From the NCBI RefSeq assembly GCF_003428155.1, contig NZ_QLIR01000001.1:224558-256557 (forward strand): DNA of 32,000 bases, given 5' to 3'. The DNA is from Fastidiosibacter lacustris (GTDB lineage: Bacteria > Pseudomonadota > Gammaproteobacteria > Francisellales > Francisellaceae). The position numbers and the translations under genes were made by a program. Under the pieces are notes generated by a model. It made no database searches, was not told where the DNA came from, and saw nothing but the letters and a program-made list of their open reading frames with translations. Shown piece after piece: positions 20,945 through 27,908 of the stretch (positions within the stretch are counted from its first letter, which is position 1; each line of letters opens with the position of its first letter).

Positions 20945-23218
20945 TTATTTCCATAAATATCTCTTATTCTGTTGTTGAGTAGATAAATACAGATAATCAG
21001 GATAGCCTTGATCTTCTTGTTTATCGTTTTTAGACTTTAACAATCTTAGACTGTTAAAGACAACCAATAAAGATGCCCCCATATCGGCGCCAATTGCCAT
21101 CCAAATATTAGCTAATTCTAGCAAGGCTAATATCATAAACATCACTTTAAGTCCTAGGGAGAAAATGATGTTTTGTTGAATAATGCTTTTAACGCCTTTG
21201 GCATGCTTGATAAGCCACGGTAGCTTTGCTAAATCATCCGACATAAGTGCAATATCGGCGGTTTCAATAGCAACGTCACTTCCTGCTTTACCCATTGCCA
21301 GACTTAAATCAGCACTTGCTAATGCTGGAGCATCATTAATACCATCCCCAACCATGGCTACGGTTTGATATTTTGCTTTTAAAACTTTGATTTTATCGAC
21401 CTTATCTTGTGGTAACAGCTCAGCATATACCTCATCTAGTTGTACTTTTTGGGCAATAAATGCGGCAGCTCCCTTATTATCACCTGTTAAAAGCACGGTT
21501 TTAATTCCTAGTTGGTTAAGTTCAGCTAAAGTTGATTTAGCATTTTCTTTGAGGCTGTCAGCAACCGCAAATAAACCCAAAATATGATTCTTATTGGCAA
21601 AAACCAAAAGTGAATGACCAGATTTTTCAAGTTGTAAAATCTGATCATGAAAGTCATTTAGATCTTCGGTGATTTCTGTTTTTTCGTGTAAATACTGATG
21701 GCTTCCAATCCAGTATTGATGTCCGTTAATATTTCCACAAATAGCTTTGCCTTTTACGATTTGAACATTGTTGGCTGTATATGGTTGATTAAGTTTAAGT
21801 ACATCAAGTTTAGTAAAGATTGCATGTGCTAATGGGTGATTATTCCCTTTTTCTAAAGCTGCGGCTAATTGTAAAAGTTCATTATCTGAATGCTCTTTGG
21901 AAATATTAATAATAGACTGAATAACAGGTTTACCTTTTGTGATGGTCCCTGTTTTATCAAAGGCAATAGCTTTGAGTTTTGCTGGGATTTCTAAAAAACT
22001 TCCTCCTTTTACTAAAATACCGTGACTTGCAGCAGCACTTAAACCAGAGACAATAGTAACTGGAGTTGAGATAACCAAAGCACAAGGGCACGCAATGACG
22101 AGAATCACTAGAGCCTCGTAAATCCAGTTATACCAGCTACCAGAAAAGAACAAAGGTGGAACAAATGCAACTAATACCGCAAAGAGCATCATAATGGGGG
22201 TGTAATATTTGGCAAATCGTTCTACCCACATTTCAGATTTCGCCTTGTTGACTTGAGCCAATTCAACTTGGCGAATGATATTGGCAAGCATTGAATCTGT
22301 AACAAGCTTGGTGACTTTGACATAAAGTACACCATCTTCATTTAAGCTACCTGCAAATACCGAATCTCCTGGTTTTTTTAAAACAAGGAGTGACTCTCCT
22401 GTAACAGGTGCTTGATTAATAAAGCTTTGCCCTTCTTTGATGATCCCATCTAAGGGGATCCGCTCACCTGGTTTAATAACGATTGTGGCACCAATATTGA
22501 CTTCTTCTACTGGTTTAATGTCGATGTCTTTATGATGTGAGCAATAAACATTGGCGATATCAGGGCTAATTTCTAATAATGCTTGAATAGCTTTACGCGC
22601 TTTATCAACACTCCATGACTCAAGTAAAGTTGCAATAGAAAATAAAAATACAATCATTGTAGCTTCCAGCCATTGTCCTAATAAAATTGCACCAATGACT
22701 GCGATAGTCATTAATAGGTTAATGTCAGGACGCATGCGTTTTAAGGAGGTAAGAGCTTTGGGGTAAATATAAACCCCACCAATGATAAGTGCTAAGGCAT
22801 AAAATATTAAAGCGCTAATAGGTTGCCCAAAACGAGAAGAATGGTTGTCTAGAAGCGCGTGTAAAAAACCATGTTCACTGCCATGAATGATATAGCCTAT
22901 TGCTAGAAATATCGCGCATATGAGGGTTAATATTGTCTTTTGCTGTTTTTGCCAAAACCCTTGGTGGTTATTTTTGTGACTTTGTTGATATTGCAGCCAG
23001 CACGAAAAACGATAACCAGTAGCTTTGAGTTTTTTTTCTATGTCGCTTTTAGTAAAGCGGTTGTCTTGGTTATAAATGATAAGCTTACCTTTTAATAGGT
23101 TAAATTGTAGCAGGGACTCATCTTGTACGTATGGTAAAAGCTCACGCTTAATAACAGCAATTTCATCTGCACAGTCCATACCATAAATTTTATATTCAAA
23201 CATTTTATTGACCTTCAT
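20945..23218 (-). CDS. Heavy-metal-translocating P-type ATPase (Zn/Cd/Pb type)
   Basis: 757-aa ORF with CPCALVISTP, AFDKTGTITKGKP, MVGDGINDAPALASADLS and an N-terminal HMA-like domain. Confidence 0.93.
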   Translation of the reverse strand: MKVNKMFEYKIYGMDCADEIAVIKRELLPYVQDESLLQFNLLKGKLIIYNQDNRFTKSDIEKKLKATGYRFSCWLQYQQSHKNNHQGFWQKQQKTILTLICAIFLAIGYIIHGSEHGFLHALLDNHSSRFGQPISALIFYALALIIGGVYIYPKALTSLKRMRPDINLLMTIAVIGAILLGQWLEATMIVFLFSIATLLESWSVDKARKAIQALLEISPDIANVYCSHHKDIDIKPVEEVNIGATIVIKPGERIPLDGIIKEGQSFINQAPVTGESLLVLKKPGDSVFAGSLNEDGVLYVKVTKLVTDSMLANIIRQVELAQVNKAKSEMWVERFAKYYTPIMMLFAVLVAFVPPLFFSGSWYNWIYEALVILVIACPCALVISTPVTIVSGLSAAASHGILVKGGSFLEIPAKLKAIAFDKTGTITKGKPVIQSIINISKEHSDNELLQLAAALEKGNNHPLAHAIFTKLDVLKLNQPYTANNVQIVKGKAICGNINGHQYWIGSHQYLHEKTEITEDLNDFHDQILQLEKSGHSLLVFANKNHILGLFAVADSLKENAKSTLAELNQLGIKTVLLTGDNKGAAAFIAQKVQLDEVYAELLPQDKVDKIKVLKAKYQTVAMVGDGINDAPALASADLSLAMGKAGSDVAIETADIALMSDDLAKLPWLIKHAKGVKSIIQQNIIFSLGLKVMFMILALLELANIWMAIGADMGASLLVVFNSLRLLKSKNDKQEDQGYPDYLYLSTQQQNKRYLWK

Positions 23219-23239
23219 TTTAATTACCTTGCCCCTGCT

Positions 23240-23545
23240 TTAATGATTTTCCTCTGCCCAATGTTGATACATGTCTTTTAAAATACAGTGCACATGATCG
23301 TCATATAACGAGTAGAATATTTGCTTCCCTTGGCGTTCACCTTTGATTAAACGTTGCTCTTTTAATAAGCGTAAATGATGACTTATTAAAGGTTGTGATA
23401 AGTTAAGTATTTCTACAAATGTTTTCACAGCAGTTGGTTCTTGAGCACACATAAATAAAATGCGCATTCTATTGCCATCTCCCATTAGTTGGCAAACAGC
23501 AGAAATTTTAGTTAAAACATTATCTTTTATCGCTGACATGATCAA
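23240..23545 (-). CDS. ArsR/SmtB-family metalloregulator
   Basis: 101-aa ORF with winged-helix LSQPLISHHLRLLKEQRLIKGERQGKQIFYSL. Co-oriented with the metal ATPase. Confidence 0.93.
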   Translation of the reverse strand: MIMSAIKDNVLTKISAVCQLMGDGNRMRILFMCAQEPTAVKTFVEILNLSQPLISHHLRLLKEQRLIKGERQGKQIFYSLYDDHVHCILKDMYQHWAEENH

Positions 23546-23556
23546 TCCATTATTTT

Positions 23557-23580
23557 TTATATAAAATTTTTTTTATATAA
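23557..23580. promoter_or_regulatory. Perfect inverted repeat TTATATAAAA-TTTT-TTTTATATAA, candidate ArsR/SmtB operator
   Basis: 10-bp arms read directly. It starts 12 bp upstream of the divergent arsR start codon. Confidence 0.6.
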
Positions 23581-23741
23581 TTTAAGTTAAAAACTAGGTG
23601 ATGTAAAGAAGAGTTTAATTAAGATGACATTTGGCAGTATCGAAATTGTATTAGCAGCAATTATTTAATTATCGTTGATATGATAATTATTTTTTTTAGT
23701 GGTAAAGCTTGTTTGTTATTATGTTTAAGTATTCTTAACTA

Positions 23742-24368
23742 CTATGGTGCGTTGTTATCAGGCTTATTGTCAATTGTCACGATGTCAATCCGATTGTGAC
23801 ACAATTTAGTTAGTGTTTGGCATGTGATTTTATATTGATCAACGGCAACTTCAAAAACAGCACTAACCCTATCGCTGAAAAATTCTTTTATGGGGGTGAG
23901 TTTAAGTGTATGTAGTGCTTGTTGTATCATTGCCGTATCGTGATATTGATAGTTAATACTAAAGATTTTTGTAACGATAAGCGGAATGAGTTGTGCATGA
24001 GCAATTACTTCACTTGCCGCTTGACCATAAGCTCGTACCAAGCCCCCAACGCCTAACTTTGTGCCACCAAAAATACGACTAACAATAATAACGACATTAA
24101 ATAAAGCTTTGCCTTGAATATGATTTAAGATTGGTTTGCCAGCAGAACCAGAAGGTTCGCCATCGTCACTAAAACGAGTAAGATTATTATCCAATATCTG
24201 ATAAGCCCAACAGTGATGATTGGCATTTGGATACTGTTGTTGTGCTTGTTGTAAATAAGCCTGCAATTTATGAGTTTTGTCAAGCGGATGCAAAGAAGCG
24301 ATAAATCGCGATTTTTTAATTGGTTCAATCTCGTATTGAAAGGGTTCTGCTATGGTGGAGTAAGCCAA
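23742..24368 (-). CDS. YigZ/IMPACT-family protein
   Basis: 208-aa ORF with FIASLHPLDKTHKLQAYL, RFSDDGEPSGSAGKPIL and VSRIFGGTKLGVGGLVRAYGQAA. Confidence 0.93.
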   Translation of the reverse strand: MAYSTIAEPFQYEIEPIKKSRFIASLHPLDKTHKLQAYLQQAQQQYPNANHHCWAYQILDNNLTRFSDDGEPSGSAGKPILNHIQGKALFNVVIIVSRIFGGTKLGVGGLVRAYGQAASEVIAHAQLIPLIVTKIFSINYQYHDTAMIQQALHTLKLTPIKEFFSDRVSAVFEVAVDQYKITCQTLTKLCHNRIDIVTIDNKPDNNAP

Positions 24369-24593
24369 CGTTTTTTCTTTAAGATTTAAGGTAGGTTATT
24401 TTAGGGGTTATCTTAGCTTAATTTAAAAGTATTCCTAAATATTTTATTTTGTTTTTTCATGTTGTTATTTGTAATTAAGTTTACATTTTTTTTGAGATAG
24501 GGTATTTTCTGAATTGGGAAAATTTATAAGTATTTGTGATGAAAAGGTTTATTTGTCACAATTTATTAAAGAAGGATAGGTAGAACGATTATT

Positions 24594-26871
24594 ATGGAAA
24601 ATATTAGAAATTATTATGCTCACTCAGGAAACTTGATGGACAAATCAGATTGGCAGCTATTATCTGATCATTTGCAAACGGTGGCTGATATAGCTTGGCA
24701 TAATGCACGCTATACTGGTTGCGAAGGACTTGCTGCTTTGGCTGGTTTGCTCCATGACTTAGGAAAATATACCAAAGAGTTTCAAGCACGTTTGGAAGGT
24801 TCAAGCAGAAAAGTTGATCATGCAACTGCGGGAGCAAAAATTGCAGCAGAAATTTTGCCAGATAAGTTGTTGAACGGTTTCCCTTTCTTTAAGTTAATTG
24901 CCTATGCAATCGCGGGACACCATGCAGGGCTTGCTAATGGCATAGATGAGGGTGATGGTAGAAGCTGTTTAAAGGATCGCTTAAGTCAAAACTTTGGCAA
25001 AGAATTATGTGTATTGGATGAGTTAGCATGGAAAAGTGCATTGCAACTACCATCAAGAGAATCTCTTACACTAAAGATTAAACTACATCCAGATACTGAC
25101 TTTCATGGCTTTCAATATGCTTTTTTGATTCGCATGATTTTTTCTTGTTTGGTCGATGCTGATTTTATCGATACAGATAGATTTTACAAAAAACTTAAAA
25201 ATAAACCTTGGTTAAGAGGTGAATATCCACACTTAAACGAACTTAAAATTCAACTGGATGATTATTTGGTAAGAAAACAGGAGGGGTGTGAAGATACTTT
25301 TGTTAATCAATTGCGTCATGAAATTCTTTTAAACGCTAGAAAAAAAGCACAATTATCTCCAGGATTATTTAGTCTAACCGTGCCGACAGGTGGTGGTAAA
25401 ACACTGACATCGATGGCGTTTGCTTTAGACCATGCTTTGGCACATAACATGCGCCGAGTGATCTATGTTATTCCTTTTACCAGTATTATCGAACAGAATG
25501 CAAAAGTTTTTAGAGAAGTTTTTGGTGATTTGGGAGAGTCTGCCGTTTTGGAACACCATAGCAATTTTAATGATCGCACAATTACAAATGAAGAAACTCA
25601 AGATAAGCTTAAATTGGCGATGGAAAATTGGGATATGTCTGTGATAGTAACAACTGCGGTTCAATTTTTTGAATCGCTGTTTGCGGATCGTCCTTCACGC
25701 TGCCGAAAATTGCATAATATTACAGAAAGTGTGATTATCTTGGATGAAGCACAAACGCTACCACTAAAATTTTTGCGCCCTGTGATGGCGGTAATTGATG
25801 AGTTAGCTCGAAATTATCATTGTTCAGTTGTTCTTTGTACGGCAACACAACCTGCTTTATGTCAACCAGATTTTGACAAGGGATTTGTTAATGTCAGAGA
25901 AATTGCCCCTAATCCAAGTAAGTTATTTGACGATTTAAGCTTGGTTAGTATAAGCCATTTAGGTGAATTGACAGACGATGAAATTTTAGCTCGTATGATA
26001 GATAATGAGCAAATTTTAACAATCGTCAATAATCGTCGTCATGCTCAATCGTTGTTCCAATCATTGAAAGAGCGTCAAGTAGAAGGTATTTTTCATTTGA
26101 CTACACTCATGTGCGCGATACATCGCACAAAAAAGTTAGAAATCATTCGTAAAAGACTTAAAGAGAAAAAAAACCTGTCGCGTTGTCTCAAGTTCATTAA
26201 TTGAAGCAGGGGTCGATGTTGATTTTCCTTATGTAATGCGTGCTGAGGCAGGTTTAGACTCCATAGCTCAAGCTGCAGGACGCTGTAATCGTGAACGTAA
26301 AAGGGCAAAAGAAGACAGCCACGTTTGGATTTTTAAATCACCAGATTGGCAAGTTCCACCAGAGCTAAAAAGTTTAGCGGCTGGTATGCGATCAACTTTG
26401 CGTCAAAATTTTGACAATCTGCTGGGGCAGGAAGCAATTAAGACTTATTTTTCGGAAGTCTACTGGCGCAAAGGTGCTGAGTTAGATCAAAAACAGCTTT
26501 TAAAAGACTGTAGCAATCATGCAAAAAAACTGAGTTTTCCATTTCAAAATATTGCAAGAGATTTTCTTATGATTGAAAGTTGTATGCAGCCAGTATTTAT
26601 CCAGTTTGATAATGAAGCGGAGCATTTATTGAAAGAGTTGGAGGTAACGGATGATGTAAGCCGCATATTACGTAAACTACAACCTTATATAGTGCAGATT
26701 CCAAAGCAAGGGTTTGATAGTTTGGTAGCTACTAATGCCGTACAAACGGTGGCGCCTTATCGATTTCAAGAACAGTTTTGGGTACTGATCAATCGTGATA
26801 TATATGATGATGAATGTGGTATCAGTTGGGATAATCCAACTTTTATGAAGGCTGAGAGTTCCATCTTTTGA
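24594..26871 (+). pseudogene. cas3: Type I-C Cas3 (HD nuclease-helicase), split by a 1-nt frameshift at an A8 tract (26166-26173)
   Basis: ORF 24594-26204 has HD (LAGLLHDLGKYTKEF), Walker A (VPTGGGKTLTSMAFAL) and DEAQ. Reading on in the +1 frame gives [42 protein letters not shown], continuous with ORF 26236-26871. Confidence 0.9.
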
Positions 26872-26886
26872 GAACAATCAAAAGAA
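26860..26886 (-). promoter_or_regulatory. Putative in-locus protospacer with TTC PAM (PAM 26886-26884; protospacer 26883 down to 26860)
   Basis: Reverse complement is TTC|TTTTGATTGTTCTCAAAAGATGGA. Mini-array spacer is TTTTGTTTGTTATCAAATGATGAG. 19/24 identical, and within the first 22 nt the only mismatches are positions 6, 12 and 18. Confidence 0.85.
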
Positions 26887-26893
26887 AAAATAT

Positions 26894-26922
26894 TTGACTT
26901 AACTTATGTTTGAATTTAGAAT
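26894..26922 (+). promoter_or_regulatory. Near-consensus sigma70 promoter TTGACT-N17-TAGAAT
   Basis: -35 at 26894-26899 (5/6), 17-bp spacing, -10 at 26917-26922 (5/6). It lies directly beside the protospacer. Confidence 0.7.
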
Positions 26923-26957
26923 CCTTCTTAAGGAGTTTAAGCAGCTGGAAGTGAAAC

Positions 26958-27107
26958 ATGAAAAATTGTTGGGCGATCCATATTGAAAAAAATGAGAGTG
27001 GGAAGCTGATATTAAAATTTGGTGGACAGCTGCATTTTCCAGTAAAAACTGTAGGATGGAGTTTTGCTGCACTTTTAGTTGTAGTGGTGGGAAAGTTCTT
27101 TTTTTGA
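26958..27107 (+). CDS. Small ORF, 49 aa (MKNCWAIHIEKNESGKLILKFGGQLHFPVKTVGWSFAALLVVVVGKFFF), candidate regulated small protein/toxin; coding status unproven
   Basis: ATG at 26958 with weak GGAAG upstream, TGA at 27105-27107, hydrophobic C-terminus. Downstream of the 26894-26922 promoter. Too short for the supplied ORF track. Confidence 0.35.
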   Translation: MKNCWAIHIEKNESGKLILKFGGQLHFPVKTVGWSFAALLVVVVGKFFF

Positions 27108-27133
27108 ATTTTCACCTATTCATTGCGATTGTA

Positions 27134-27221
27134 GTCGCATCTCATGTGAATGCGTGGATTGAAACTTTTGTTTGTTATCAAATGATGAGATCGCACCCCA
27201 TGCGGGTGCGTGGATAAGGAG
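27134..27221 (+). CRISPR. Minimal two-repeat CRISPR unit: R1 27134-27165, 24-nt spacer 27166-27189, degenerate R2 27190-27221
   Basis: R1 is GTCGCATCTCATGTGAATGCGTGGATTGAAAC, a 32-nt repeat of the familiar type I-C form. R2 is ATCGCACCCCATGCGGGTGCGTGGATAAGGAG, 20/26 identical to R1 over the first 26 nt, with the 3' handle lost. Confidence 0.88.
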
Positions 27222-27227
27222 GCAGAG

Positions 27228-27908
27228 ATGGCTTATGGTATTAAGCTGCATGTGTGGGGAGAGTATGCTTGTTTTACCAGACCCGAAATGAAGGTGGAGC
27301 GCGTATCTTATGATGTAATTACGCCATCTGCGGCCAGAGGGATTTTGGAGGCAATTCACTGGAAACCCGCGATTTGTTGGGTGATTGATCGCATTCATGT
27401 GTTAAAACCTGTGCGTTTTGAAACGATTAGGCGAAACGAGTTAGGGAATTGCAAAATTTCTACCTCTAAAGTCAGTGGTGCAATGAAGCGTAAAAGTACT
27501 CAAGATTTATATTTTTTGATTGATGATGGAGATAATCGTCAACAAAGAGCAACGACACTTTTGCGTGATGTTGGTTATGTGGTTGAAGCACATTTTGAGT
27601 TAACTAATAAAGTAGGTAATGAAGATTCAGTTGGCAAGCATCTTGATATATTTAATCGCAGAGCGCGCAAAGGACAATATTTTCATCAGCCTTGCTTGGG
27701 AAATCGTGAATTCCCTGCTTATTTTTCGTTGATTGAGTCGGATGAGGATTTTCCTCTTTCTGAGTTAAGTCAAGAGACTAAAGATTTAGGTTGGATGTTG
27801 CATGATATTGATTTTGCCAATGCCGCGACCCCAAAATTCTTTCGCGCCAAATTAATAAATGGAGTGATTGATGTTCCGCCTTTTAGAACTTTGGGGGTGG
27901 TGCAATGA
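27228..27908 (+). CDS. cas5c: Type I-C Cas5 (Cas5c/Cas5d, crRNA-processing)
   Basis: IKLHVWGEYACFTRPEMKVERVSYDVITPSAARGILEAIHWKP is characteristic. ORF track starts at 27210, but ATG 27228 has AAGGAGG upstream. Confidence 0.95.
   Translation: MAYGIKLHVWGEYACFTRPEMKVERVSYDVITPSAARGILEAIHWKPAICWVIDRIHVLKPVRFETIRRNELGNCKISTSKVSGAMKRKSTQDLYFLIDDGDNRQQRATTLLRDVGYVVEAHFELTNKVGNEDSVGKHLDIFNRRARKGQYFHQPCLGNREFPAYFSLIESDEDFPLSELSQETKDLGWMLHDIDFANAATPKFFRAKLINGVIDVPPFRTLGVVQ

Noticed and set aside
20942-20945. accA and the metal ATPase converge with only a 2-bp gap
   Set aside because: Tight convergence is common in compact bacterial genomes and gives no separate functional signal.
435-21587. Short nested or antisense ORFs in the track (for example 435-848, 1782-2036, 2973-3326, 3323-3544, 5196-5393, 9497-9724, 13746-13937, 16693-16878, 19063-19281, 20645-20836, 21183-21587)
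   Set aside because: They all lie inside or across well-supported conserved genes and have low-complexity or unrecognisable translations.
24449-24466. 8-nt TTTTGTTT seed match to the mini-array spacer in the cas3 upstream region
   Set aside because: It is preceded by TTA rather than TTC, the match ends after 8 nt, and the region is T-rich, so chance is sufficient.
26166-26180. Programmed -1 ribosomal frameshifting at the cas3 A8 tract
   Set aside because: A -1 shift leads to the wrong frame; +1 (or loss of one A) is needed. Transcriptional slippage or a real lesion fits better.
26930-26960. CreT-style tandem rare codons directly after a Shine-Dalgarno plus ATG
   Set aside because: The AAGGAG has no ATG/GTG/TTG at proper distance, and the ATG at 26958 is followed by AAA AAT TGT, so the tRNA-sequestering mini-ORF design is not evident. 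Any toxin mechanism remains unknown.
27134-27221. Treating the two repeats as the remnant of an ordinary adaptive array
   Set aside because: The spacer is short (24 nt), its target is in the same gap with a correct PAM and a 6-nt mismatch periodicity, and stem and handle are preserved in complementary copies. Passive decay would not produce that pattern, though only conservation data can settle it.
26843-27398. Minus-strand ORFs 26843-27115 (90 aa) and 27120-27398 (92 aa) across the cas3-cas5 gap
   Set aside because: They overlap the mini-CRISPR, the promoter and coding parts of cas3/cas5 in antisense, show no recognisable domain, and are explained by low stop density on the opposite strand.
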